This document shows, one piece after another, positions 49,064 to 58,311 of a stretch of 64,000 nucleotides of DNA. The stretch's first letter is position 1, and each line of letters opens with the position of its first letter. Location of the stretch: assembly GCA_044345405.1 (NCBI GenBank), contig JBIJBE010000002.1, positions 32,001 through 96,000 on the forward strand. Reading direction: 5' to 3'. Below the pieces are notes generated by a model, which ran no database searches, was not told where the DNA came from, and was given only the letters and a program-made list of their open reading frames with translations. Source of the DNA: Bdellovibrionota bacterium (GTDB lineage: Bacteria > Bdellovibrionota_C > UBA2361 > OMII01). The position numbers were made by a program, and so were the translations under genes.

Positions 49064-50770
49064 ATGGAACGCTCCGCTTCTCAGAGAATTATTCTCAATC
49101 AAGACCGTTCACCAACGGCACCACCCCAAGGGAAGTACGTCCCGTACACCGAGCGGTTTCCTATCAAACTCCCTGACCGCACCTGGCCTGACAAACTGAT
49201 CGAAAAGGCCCCCGCATGGTGCGCGGTCGACCTTCGCGACGGCAATCAAGCGCTTCCACGGCCGATGACGGTAGATGAGAAGGCCGGATTCTTTGACGTG
49301 CTCAAGAAGGTCGGATTTAAGCAGATCGAAGTAGGGTACCCCGCGGCTAACCGTGAGGAGTACGACTTCATCCGATTGCTGATCGAGGGGAAACACATCC
49401 CGTCTCACGTTATTCCACAGGTCCTCACCATGGACCGGCCGGACCTTATTAAAAAGACCTTTGACGCGCTCAAAGGGGTACATCAGGCGATCGTACATAT
49501 CTATCGACCGACATCGATCGATCAACGAGAGATCTTCTTCAAGATGACGAAGGAGCAGGTGATGCAAGCGGCGGTGGATTCAACCAAGCTGGTGCGACGC
49601 CTCGCGGCTAAGGTCGATTTCCCGGTACAACTTCAATTCTCGCCTGAGAGCTTTACGGGAACCGAGATGGAGTTCGCTCTTGAGGTCTGTAACGCGGTGG
49701 TTAACGCGTGGGACCCAGGATCCCACGAGCAGGTCATTATCAACTTACCCGCGACGGTTGAACTCTCACGGCCAAACATCTACGCCGACCAGATCGAGTG
49801 GATGAGCCGACACCTCAAGCGACGTGACCAGGTTATCTTGAGCCTTCACAATCATAATGACCGTGGCACGGCCGTGGCGGCTACTGAGCTTGGGATTCAG
49901 GCGGGCGCAGATCGAGTTGAGGGAACACTCTTTGGAAATGGAGAGCGAACCGGAAACTTAGATCTCGTTAACGTCGCTGTGAATCTCTACAAGGAGGGGA
50001 TAGATCCAGGGATCGATCTCTCGAACATCCCATGGATGACGGAGCAGTATGAGAAGTACACGGGCATGAAGGTTCCGCCTCGTCACGTCGTTGGCGAATT
50101 AGCTTTCACCGCCTTCTCCGGTGGGCATCAAGCGGCGATTGCGCCGGGCCTTGAGTACCAGAAGATGGCAAAAGACCCGCTTTGGCGCGTGCCGTACTTA
50201 GGCGTCGATCCTGGCGACTTCGGAATGGAATATGAACCGATACGGCTCAATGCTCAGTCAGGAAAGCACGGCGCAGCGTTCTGCCTGAAGGATAATTTCG
50301 GGTGCGAAGTTCCCCGTGGGATGCTCGGCGACCTCGTCGATATGGTTAAGGAGTGGTGCCACGCCCACAACAAGGAGGAACTCCAGGCCGATACTGTCTG
50401 GAAACTCTTCCACAAGCGATACGTAGAGCCGGCTGGTGAGGTAAGCCTTGAAAATTACACACTCACCCGCGATGGGATGAAGGTAAAGGCGTTTCTGGAG
50501 GTATCTGTGGCCGGTAGCGAAACGAAGACCGTTACGGGAAGCGGTAACGGTCCCATCGACGCCGCGACGAACGCTCTTAAACAACTTGGGTATTCATTCG
50601 ATGTCCAGTCATTCCACGAGCACTCTCGCGGAGAGGGCTCAAGCGCTGAGGCAGTAGCCTACGTTCAGGTCTCCTCAGGTGACCGATCGGTGTTCGGTGT
50701 TGGAATTGACCCGAGCACGGAGCATGCGGCGATTGAGGCGCTTGTGGCGGGGGTGAATCGGTTGACGTGA
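49064..50770 (+). CDS. leuA: 2-isopropylmalate synthase (yeast/actinobacterial type)
   Basis: DRTWP, DLRDGNQAL, FSPESFTGTE, NLPATVE, HNHNDRG, GNGERTGN, FSGGHQ, GNGPIDA. Confidence 0.96.
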   Translation: MERSASQRIILNQDRSPTAPPQGKYVPYTERFPIKLPDRTWPDKLIEKAPAWCAVDLRDGNQALPRPMTVDEKAGFFDVLKKVGFKQIEVGYPAANREEYDFIRLLIEGKHIPSHVIPQVLTMDRPDLIKKTFDALKGVHQAIVHIYRPTSIDQREIFFKMTKEQVMQAAVDSTKLVRRLAAKVDFPVQLQFSPESFTGTEMEFALEVCNAVVNAWDPGSHEQVIINLPATVELSRPNIYADQIEWMSRHLKRRDQVILSLHNHNDRGTAVAATELGIQAGADRVEGTLFGNGERTGNLDLVNVAVNLYKEGIDPGIDLSNIPWMTEQYEKYTGMKVPPRHVVGELAFTAFSGGHQAAIAPGLEYQKMAKDPLWRVPYLGVDPGDFGMEYEPIRLNAQSGKHGAAFCLKDNFGCEVPRGMLGDLVDMVKEWCHAHNKEELQADTVWKLFHKRYVEPAGEVSLENYTLTRDGMKVKAFLEVSVAGSETKTVTGSGNGPIDAATNALKQLGYSFDVQSFHEHSRGEGSSAEAVAYVQVSSGDRSVFGVGIDPSTEHAAIEALVAGVNRLT

Positions 50771-50805
50771 TGGGGAACGCTCCCCATCCATTTGAATCCG
50801 CACAC

Positions 50806-50898
50806 GGGAGGGCGACCATTCCTGGTCGCCGTGTTACGAAAACGCAAAGATAGTTTGCCGCGCGAAATAATTCGGCGGCCAGGAATGGCCGCCCTCCC
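50806..50898. repeat. REP family A inverted doublet between convergent genes
   Basis: gggagggcgaccattcctggtcgccg ... cggcggccaggaatggccgccctccc. Confidence 0.9.
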
Positions 50899-50913
50899 AA
50901 GGCCGCGAGCTCG

Positions 50914-51666
50914 CTAAAACCCCGTAGCCACCACCGAGAACGCCTCGTCAAGCATCTTCTCAACGAACTCCTGGCGAATGAATCCGCCACCGAAGAGGTA
51001 GTCCTGAGGAGTCCATGTTTGTGAGACCTCAGCTTTCCCTTTCTTGAAATTCAATGAGTGTGCGGTCGCGTCAATCTTCTTCACCTTGAAGGTGTAGATC
51101 AACTCCAACGAGTCATCAACGAACCGCACGCCGATCACGATCTCATCGACCAAGGAGAATTTGCGAAGGTCAGGGGCCTTGTACTTTACGTTCGTGTATC
51201 CATCCTTCCACGTTTCGCCTTTGTTGATGAGGCTGAAAACTGTTTCGCACGTATCGAAGACCGCTCTGAGGTGCGGATGCATCTGAACGGTGAGGGGAAT
51301 GTTACCGAGATTAGAAAGCTCTTCGCTGTTGCCGTACAAAAGAAACGGAGTCTGATTTTTATCCGAGACAGGCGCGTTTCGATCTAACTGAAACTCCCAT
51401 ACACTCACGAGCTCTGCACCCGGCGATACGACGTGCGATCGATCGAGCTCAGCACGACTCAAAACCTCAAAGGCATCGTCAGCCTTCGCCTTTACCTTCT
51501 TCAGCACACCCAGACCGAGGACCAGAGAGAATTGGGGAAGGGCGCTTGGCTCCGATCCGTGGTTCTTCACCTTGACGGTACATGGAACCGCTTCGCCCTG
51601 GGTCACGGCCTCCAAAGGAACTTCAAGTCGAAACTCAAGTGGCTTCTGAATGTATACGCTTCGCAT
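50914..51666 (-). CDS. Hypothetical protein (beta-sandwich N-terminus, loosely Spo0M/arrestin-like)
   Basis: 250-aa ORF starting MRSVYIQKPLEFRLEV...QGE; family assignment tentative. Confidence 0.65.
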   Translation of the reverse strand: MRSVYIQKPLEFRLEVPLEAVTQGEAVPCTVKVKNHGSEPSALPQFSLVLGLGVLKKVKAKADDAFEVLSRAELDRSHVVSPGAELVSVWEFQLDRNAPVSDKNQTPFLLYGNSEELSNLGNIPLTVQMHPHLRAVFDTCETVFSLINKGETWKDGYTNVKYKAPDLRKFSLVDEIVIGVRFVDDSLELIYTFKVKKIDATAHSLNFKKGKAEVSQTWTPQDYLFGGGFIRQEFVEKMLDEAFSVVATGF

Positions 51667-51877
51667 GGGTGACCTTATACATCGATTTGCGGGGTTCCAA
51701 AACCTGCAGCGGATTGGCGGCACGGCGTACCGGTGGTCCTTGCACAATCCCCTTGCCAACCCCGTCTCGATCCCCTATCTCTTACTTTACGAGAACTAGA
51801 AAACTAATAAGCTTTAATTCGTACTTTTGTGGGGGTAAGCAAGGGTTCAGGGTACGGTGGCCGCAACCCAGCACAAC

Positions 51878-52079
51878 GGGAGGGCGGCCATTCCTGGCCG
51901 CCGTGTTGCGTAAAGCGAAGGTCACGTGCGATTCGCGATACTTCGGCGACCGAGGACGGTCGCCCTCCCTTGGTGCGAGTGGTATTCGGGAGGGCGGTCA
52001 TTCCTGGCCGCCGTGTTGCGTAAGGCGAAGGCCACTTGAGATGCGCGATTTTTCGGCGACCAGGAATGGTCGCCCTCCC
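51878..52079. repeat. BIME-like array: two tandem 110-bp units, each an inverted REP family A doublet
   Basis: REPs at 51878-51903, 51944-51969, 51988-52013 and 52054-52079; the linker gtgttgcgtaa(a/g)gcgaagg is also repeated. Confidence 0.92.
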
Positions 52080-52310
52080 ATGGTCGCGAGCGAAATGGTC
52101 GATACAAAACAACTAGAGAGAAGAGAGCACCAAACGATCAACCAAGCTCATCAAAACAATAAAGCACACAAAAGGGGACTCTACGCTCCAATCGGACTCC
52201 CCTTCCCCCTCTCCGCCCGCGGCCCCCTCTTCTCAACAGCCACGCCCTCGCCCTATCAATCAATAAAAACGGCACTATTCACGCCCGACTAAAGGCCTTA
52301 CAATTAAAAA

Positions 52311-53420
52311 ATGTCATCACTCGTGCTACGGGGAAAAACAACAAACGCGGAGAAGGTGTGGCTACGCATCTCAGCGTTCCTTTCGCTGAAGTCACCAGCT
52401 ACTCGCGTGACCTACTCAGGAATCATCGCTGAGTGGTGTCGCTTCCTCCGCACCGAACCGGGCACTCCTGAAGCATCTGAAGCGATAATCGAGGCGACCG
52501 ATCTTCACGCTATCGCGTATCGAAAATTCCTTGAGCAGAAACCGGGCGAAAAGCCACGCATGGCTCGGATGGGTGGTAGAGTTTCAGCTGAGCGAGGGAT
52601 TACGCTTGAGCGAAATTCCGGTCGTGGAGTCAAGAAAGATGGATTAGACGCGACCCAATCCAACGCCACCATTCACAAGAAGTTCGCGGCACTCAGGCGG
52701 ATCTATCGCATGCTCGTATCGAGTAATCTCGGTATCGCTGAGAACCCTTTTGAAGCCGATAGGGTACCTCCTCCTCCCAAAGACGCCGGGCGAAAGCGCC
52801 CTACTCAGATGATCGACTTTGAGCTCGTCATGGAGATCGTCTCCATCCCTGACACGAACACACCGAAGGGCCGTCGAGATAAAGCTATCCTCGCGACTCT
52901 CTTCGGAGGCGGACTGCGACGAAGTGAAGTGGTCGGTCTCCGCATCGGGGACATAAAGAAAACATCCTCCGGAACCACCTTTCTCTACCTCCGACACACC
53001 AAAGCCAAGAAAGACGCCGAGCAGGCTATACCCCGATGGGCGGCGGACCCTCTGTGGGAGCTCGTTCGAGAGCGTAAGGCCCAAGGCGCTATGGACGGCG
53101 ACTATCTCTTCGTTGGCTTCACCGGAAAGGGTGGGCAAACGATCACGACCAAGCCGATGTCCGATACCGGGCTCTATCTTCTCTTTAAGCAATACTGCAT
53201 GGCTGCTGGCGCAGGGACCTACGCCACCCCCCACTCGGCTCGCGCCACAGCGATAACGAAACTCCTGGCGGACGGAATACCACACCGTGAGGTTCAGGAG
53301 TTCTCCCGACACTCCAGCATTCAGATGGTAGAATGGTACGATAAGCGACGATTTAGCGTTGAGGAGAGCCCAGCCAAGGAGCTTTCATACGACAAACCAC
53401 GCGGCAAGGGGCGTCGATAA
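52311..53420 (+). CDS. Tyrosine recombinase (Xer/integrase family)
   Basis: Catalytic set intact: GLRRSE (R), TKAKK (K), PHSARAT (HxxR), SRHSS (H), WYDK (Y); N-terminal core-binding domain (SPATRVTY, SNATI.KK.AALR). Confidence 0.93.
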   Translation: MSSLVLRGKTTNAEKVWLRISAFLSLKSPATRVTYSGIIAEWCRFLRTEPGTPEASEAIIEATDLHAIAYRKFLEQKPGEKPRMARMGGRVSAERGITLERNSGRGVKKDGLDATQSNATIHKKFAALRRIYRMLVSSNLGIAENPFEADRVPPPPKDAGRKRPTQMIDFELVMEIVSIPDTNTPKGRRDKAILATLFGGGLRRSEVVGLRIGDIKKTSSGTTFLYLRHTKAKKDAEQAIPRWAADPLWELVRERKAQGAMDGDYLFVGFTGKGGQTITTKPMSDTGLYLLFKQYCMAAGAGTYATPHSARATAITKLLADGIPHREVQEFSRHSSIQMVEWYDKRRFSVEESPAKELSYDKPRGKGRR

Positions 53421-53444
53421 ACTCGCAGACCTCACTTTTGCGGC

Positions 53445-53864
53445 TCATCCACCCATCGAGGCTTTGTCACCTCGGTCGGTATTTCGTTCCAGCAACTTCT
53501 CAAGGTCATCATAATTAACGGGCTTCGTTAGAAAGAGATCAAATTCGATACAATCGCCACACCCGGGATGCATATCCTGGCGCTCCCATCCGGTAACGGC
53601 GACTAAAAGCGGCGCCGCCGCGCCAGAGGACTCCCGAATTCGTCTCGCCACCTCGTGTCCATTTATGTCAGGAAGCCCGATATCAAGAAGCACGACATCA
53701 GGGGTAAAACTCGCGCACTCCCGCAGAGCGGCGATTCCGGTCTCAGCGACCACAACGTTATGCCCAGCCATCTGAAGAAGCATCGCCATCGTTTGCGCCG
53801 AGGCGGCGTTGTCGTCAACGACCAGTATCTTTTGCTGCTGATTTCCCTGACCTGATGGACGCAT
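53445..53864 (-). CDS. Single-domain response regulator (CheY-like receiver)
   Basis: ILVVDDN, VLLDIGLPDING, AVTG, LTKPV. Confidence 0.92.
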   Translation of the reverse strand: MRPSGQGNQQQKILVVDDNAASAQTMAMLLQMAGHNVVVAETGIAALRECASFTPDVVLLDIGLPDINGHEVARRIRESSGAAAPLLVAVTGWERQDMHPGCGDCIEFDLFLTKPVNYDDLEKLLERNTDRGDKASMGG

Positions 53865-53960
53865 GGGGCACCACTCCTCTTTTCAGGAAATGGTACCCCA
53901 TGCTTGCGGATTCAGGGTATGCGATGGGGCAGTTCCCTGCCCCTACGCACCCTACTTACC

Positions 53961-56000
53961 CTATCGGTCAAAGGCGCGTCGTGGACCTCGGTCGCGGTTT
54001 CCAGAACGCTGTGGGCGCCCGCCGAAACCACCACGACCCCGAGGGGCGCGCGAACCACGGTCCGCTCCTCGTGGAGCACGTTCGCGCTTCTCGAGAACCT
54101 TAAGCGCGTCTACCTGGCTCATGTCTGGCCCCTCAAGGGACTCGAAGCGATCCCGAGGCTGTCCACGACGGTTAGCGGACTCGCCACCACGCTCGAAGTT
54201 AGAGCGCCCACCTAACCGGTCGTTACGTCGCTCAGAACCACCGGTACCACGATCGTTAGAACGTCCACGCGGCCGACTGCCACGCTCGTCACGGTTAAAT
54301 TGCGGCCGTGGGCTCCGACCTTCACTCTCCGGTCCGTATGCGTAGCGAGGTCCACGCTCACCACCCTGGCGCTCCCGTCTGTCATTAAATCGTTGTCGGC
54401 CTGGGCTATCGCCACCTTCGCGCTGCTTGCGCTGATCTCCGTCGAAGCGTTCACGCCGTCCGAATCCACGGTCATCCCGATTGCCACGCGCCTCACGTTG
54501 AGGACGGTCGGTTCGATCACCACGCTCGCGCTGAGGTCGATCTGAACGGTCCCGCTGAGGGCGGTCGCCGCGCGGATTTCGATCTCTACGGTCTCCGAAA
54601 CGTTTAGCCGGGCGCTCCGAACGATCTGACCGCTCTCGGCGCTCACGACGTGGCTCTGACGCAGAGTCGCTGCCAGTTACCTCGGTATTCTCAACCGCGC
54701 CATCCTCACGAGGAGCTCGCTCCTCGCGTGGAGGACGAGCCGTTCGCTCGCTACGCTCTCGCCGGCCTGGGCGCTCACGACGAGCGTTTCGTCCCGGACG
54801 AGCACGACGACCACCTCGCTCCGTATCGACCTCCTCCTCCTCAACACCGTCAAGGTTTGGCGTTTCGAGTCGAGCTACCGGCGCCTTGAGCCATCGCTCG
54901 ATATTCCGAAGAAGGGAACCGTCAGCCTTCGTGACGAAAGAGACAGCCTCTCCAGTCGCCGACGCGCGACCAGCGCGACCGGTACGGTGAACGTAGGCAT
55001 CGAGATTCTCAGGCATGTCGTAGTTCACAACGTGCGTAATTCCCTTCACGTCGATACCGCGCGCGGCGATATCGGTCGCGATCAGCACTCGGTAACGACC
55101 ATCCTTAAAGCCGTTCAACGCCTGCTGGCGCTTCCCTTGCGAAAGGTTTCCGTGCATCGAGGTTACATGCTGCCCCTTGCGCGCGAGCTGCTCAGCGAGA
55201 CGCTTCGCGGTGTGCTTCATCTTCGTGAACACCACAACGAGAGCCTCTCGGTTCTCTTGAAGCCAGTGCGCTAAGACGTGTGGCTTTGAGGCCTGCGCGA
55301 TCTGGTACATCGAGTGCGACACGGAAGCTTTAGCCTCTTCCATCTTTACTCGAACAACCGCCGGGTCATTTTGAATCCCGCGGGTGAGCTCACGAATCTC
55401 GTCAGGCATCGTCGCCGAAAAGAGAAGGGTCTGACGCTCGGTTGGGAGCTTCGAGATGATCTTCTTGATGTCTGGGAGGAACCCCATGTCACACATGCGG
55501 TCCGCCTCATCGAGTACGAGGTACTCGATCCCCTTAAGGTCGAAGGTGCGCGCGCTTAGATGATCGAGCAAGCGACCTGGGCACGCGACGATGATCTGTG
55601 GCTTACCACGGAGCTCAGATACCTGACGACCGTGAGAGACACCGCCGTAAATCGTGATGCTCTTCAAGCCAGTTCGTGGCGCGAGCTCTTTAATAACATC
55701 ATTAATCTGCTCTGCGAGCTCACGGGTCGGAGCGAGGATAAGCGCCTTAGCGCCCTTCTCTTTTGAACCACTAAGCTTCTGGAGGATTGGAAGAACGAAC
55801 GCCGCCGTCTTTCCGGTACCCGTCTGGGCGAGTCCGACCAAGTCGCGCCCCTCTACCACGAGAGGGATAGCTTCCGCTTGGATTGGGGTGGGATGGGTGT
55901 AGCCGATCGCCTTGATCGTCTCCTGAAGAAAAGGAGCCAATGGAAGATCGTCAAAGGTAAGCGTGCGGATCTCTTCCGCAGCTGATGTATCGCTGTGCAT
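53961..56000 (-). CDS. DEAD-box RNA helicase (RhlE-like) with long Arg/Gly/Glu/Asp-rich tail
   Basis: PTPIQ, AQTGTGKT, PTRELA, DEAD, SAT, ARGID, HRTGRAGR; roughly 300-aa low-complexity C-terminus. Confidence 0.95.
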   Translation of the reverse strand: MHSDTSAAEEIRTLTFDDLPLAPFLQETIKAIGYTHPTPIQAEAIPLVVEGRDLVGLAQTGTGKTAAFVLPILQKLSGSKEKGAKALILAPTRELAEQINDVIKELAPRTGLKSITIYGGVSHGRQVSELRGKPQIIVACPGRLLDHLSARTFDLKGIEYLVLDEADRMCDMGFLPDIKKIISKLPTERQTLLFSATMPDEIRELTRGIQNDPAVVRVKMEEAKASVSHSMYQIAQASKPHVLAHWLQENREALVVVFTKMKHTAKRLAEQLARKGQHVTSMHGNLSQGKRQQALNGFKDGRYRVLIATDIAARGIDVKGITHVVNYDMPENLDAYVHRTGRAGRASATGEAVSFVTKADGSLLRNIERWLKAPVARLETPNLDGVEEEEVDTERGGRRARPGRNARRERPGRRERSERTARPPREERAPREDGAVENTEVTGSDSASEPRRERRERSDRSERPAKRFGDRRDRNPRGDRPQRDRSDRPQRERGDRTDRPQREARGNRDDRGFGRRERFDGDQRKQREGGDSPGRQRFNDRRERQGGERGPRYAYGPESEGRSPRPQFNRDERGSRPRGRSNDRGTGGSERRNDRLGGRSNFERGGESANRRGQPRDRFESLEGPDMSQVDALKVLEKRERAPRGADRGSRAPRGRGGFGGRPQRSGNRDRGPRRAFDR

Positions 56001-56253
56001 TACTAGCCTATTTTACAGAGAAGTGGTGATGCCGGTGTCACACTACTTCGAACGTTGTATTTGGTAGTAAAGCCCGAATGTGCTCTCTGATGGCACCCGG
56101 CGCCCAACGATGTGGATGTAAGAACTTCACTAATGTTGGGGGACAGTACCATGTATGGGGGGATTAAGGAAATTTAGGGGGTAAGCCCGCCGAATACGGC
56201 CAGTTTTCGACTATGAAAGCACTGAAAATGCCGTATATGGGAACCCGTGACAT

Positions 56254-56348
56254 GGGAGGGCGACCATTCCTGGTCGCCGGAATGTCCCATATCGCAAAAG
56301 ACCTTCACCACCGATTGCAACGCGGCGGTCAGGAATGACCGCCCTCCC
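56254..56348. repeat. REP family A inverted doublet
   Basis: gggagggcgaccattcctggtcgccg ... cggcggtcaggaatgaccgccctccc. Confidence 0.9.
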
Positions 56349-56407
56349 GGATCCCGGGGCGTAATAATGCGAGCGATCTCGCTCGCCGAACAGACAGCGT
56401 CACACCC

Positions 56408-57586
56408 CTACGCCACCTGAGCCGCCTTCGGCTGCGGTACCTGTACCTCAACCGGCGTAGCTGGGAGCTTCTTCTGAAGCCCGTAGAAAAGTGGGAAGTC
56501 CTGCGGAGCAACGAGAGAAAGCGCCCTACCCGATTTACCGGCCCGCCCTGTTCGACCGGTACGGTGTACGTAGGTCTCGGGGGTATCGTGCATCGCGTAG
56601 TTCACCACGAGGTCGAGGTCCTTCACGTCGATACCGCGCGCTGCGACATCGGTCGCCACGAGAACCTTCACCTCACCAGAACGGAACTTATTCATGGTGC
56701 GCTCACGCTCCTTTTGAGAGAGATCGGAATTGAGCCGCTCGCACTCGATGCCACGCTTGCGGAGAAGGATCTGTACAAGCTCCGTGTCAGATTTGAGGTT
56801 GCAGAACACGATCGCTGCCTTTGGCTGATACTCCTGGAGGAAGGCCGCGAGGGCGGTCGCCTTACTCGTGAGACCAGCATCTACCCTGCAGAAGAGATGC
56901 TCAATAAGCTGCGAGGTCTCCTCTACGGGCTCAAGCTCAACACGGAGTGGCTTCTTCAAGAATGACTCGGCCAGCTGACCCACACGTGGAGTCATTGTTG
57001 CGCTAAAAAAGCATCCCTGTCGCTCACGAGGGAGCTTAGACAAGATTGCTCGCACCTCTTCAACAAACCCCATTGAGAGCATCTCATCGGCCTCATCGAG
57101 GACGAACATCTTGCAATGACGAAGGTCGAGCTTTCGCTGATCGATCAGGTCCTGAATACGTCCAGGGGTACCAACAACGATTCGAGGATCGTTACGGAGG
57201 TCACGGATCTGCCCCTCCTGCTTGGCACCACCGATAATGCACGCGGGGCGAAGATCCTCAACCACCGAGACGATAACGTTACGCACCTGCATCGCGAGCT
57301 CTCGCGTCGGGCAGATAATCAAACCGAACGTTCCATCAACCGGCGACGCGTCGATGAGACGAGCGAGCATTGGAAGAACGAACGCGAGGGTCTTGCCACT
57401 TCCGGTCTGTGCCTCAACGATACAATCCTGTCCGGTAAGCACCGCGGGAATAGCGGCGCGTTGAACGGGGGTCGGAACTGTAATCTTAAGGGCTTTAAGC
57501 TGCCCACGGATACTTGGATGTTTAACGAGATCAAAGAAGGACGCCTCGGCCTGAGGAGCCTCTACACTACTACTGTCAGTTGTCAT
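56408..57586 (-). CDS. DEAD-box RNA helicase (core only)
   Basis: PTPVQ, AQTGSGKT, PTRELA, TPGR, DEAD, SAT, ARGID, HRTGRTGR. Confidence 0.95.
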   Translation of the reverse strand: MTTDSSSVEAPQAEASFFDLVKHPSIRGQLKALKITVPTPVQRAAIPAVLTGQDCIVEAQTGSGKTLAFVLPMLARLIDASPVDGTFGLIICPTRELAMQVRNVIVSVVEDLRPACIIGGAKQEGQIRDLRNDPRIVVGTPGRIQDLIDQRKLDLRHCKMFVLDEADEMLSMGFVEEVRAILSKLPRERQGCFFSATMTPRVGQLAESFLKKPLRVELEPVEETSQLIEHLFCRVDAGLTSKATALAAFLQEYQPKAAIVFCNLKSDTELVQILLRKRGIECERLNSDLSQKERERTMNKFRSGEVKVLVATDVAARGIDVKDLDLVVNYAMHDTPETYVHRTGRTGRAGKSGRALSLVAPQDFPLFYGLQKKLPATPVEVQVPQPKAAQVA

Positions 57587-57877
57587 ACGTACGATTCATC
57601 TATTGGGGATCGCAAACACTATGCGAGGCGATCCGGGTTTACATTGCGCCAGCTTTTCCGCACTACGAGGGCCTTCTCATCTACAAGTTTCACAAGAGGA
57701 TGGGGAAACTTGGCCCTTGCACCGCTACGATCTTTTCTTCTTTGTTGCGGCGCCAGCGCGATGCCACAACCCTTACATACGTATAAGTATGCCATACTTC
57801 ATGGCGTTGAGACACCCAGAACGTAACGCACTGAAGATTCAACGCTTTAAACGCAGCAACGCACCGGACCGGAACGC

Positions 57878-57903
57878 GGGAGGGCGAGCGTCCTCGCTCG
57901 CCG
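57878..57903 (+). repeat. REP family A singlet (variant stem)
   Basis: gggagggcgagcgtcctcgctcgccg. Confidence 0.75.
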
Positions 57904-57930
57904 GGTTGCATGCGGCAAAGGGAGTTTGGC

Positions 57931-58311
57931 TTACTTCGCCGGCCCCATCAAATGCTTCAACGGCGTCGCGCACTCAGGGGTCTTCACCTCACCGTAACCG
58001 TACTTCCGCATGAACTCTTGGTTAAAACACCCCAAGAGCTGTCCGACCGGGTGGACCGTCGCATCCTTCGAGGCGTTCGCCGATACCTTCTGTACGCACG
58101 GCTCAACAAAGGAGGTGGTTATCGACGTGCACTCTGAGGGCTCGAGCGAATAACACTTGAGCCACTGGCCCCCATCAGAGCATATCTGCTCGACCACCTT
58201 GTGGATGGATGCTTTATCGGGCGCCTGCCCGCGAGGCGACGATTGAGCGCTCAAAAGCTCGACCCTAAGAAGAGACACAGAAAGAAACACCATCGCCGCT
58301 ATAAACCTCAT
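57931..58311 (-). CDS. Small secreted Cys-containing protein
   Basis: Signal peptide, six Cys in the mature part, GAGGTG SD. Confidence 0.7.
   Translation of the reverse strand: MRFIAAMVFLSVSLLRVELLSAQSSPRGQAPDKASIHKVVEQICSDGGQWLKCYSLEPSECTSITTSFVEPCVQKVSANASKDATVHPVGQLLGCFNQEFMRKYGYGEVKTPECATPLKHLMGPAK

Noticed and set aside
51878-52079. Possible CRISPR array
   Set aside because: Repeats alternate in orientation, the spacers are themselves repeated, copies are dispersed through the window and no cas genes are present. This is REP/BIME architecture.
51582-52292. 236-aa ORF across the REP array
   Set aside because: The translation is just REP sequence (GGRPFLAA/GGHSWPP) and it overlaps the opposite-strand gene.
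52311-53420. Prophage or genomic-island integrase
   Set aside because: No tRNA, att duplication, excisionase or phage/conjugation genes, and neighbours are housekeeping-like.
57820-57877. Cluster of AACGC words upstream of a REP
   Set aside because: Irregular spacing and too short to distinguish from chance or low complexity.
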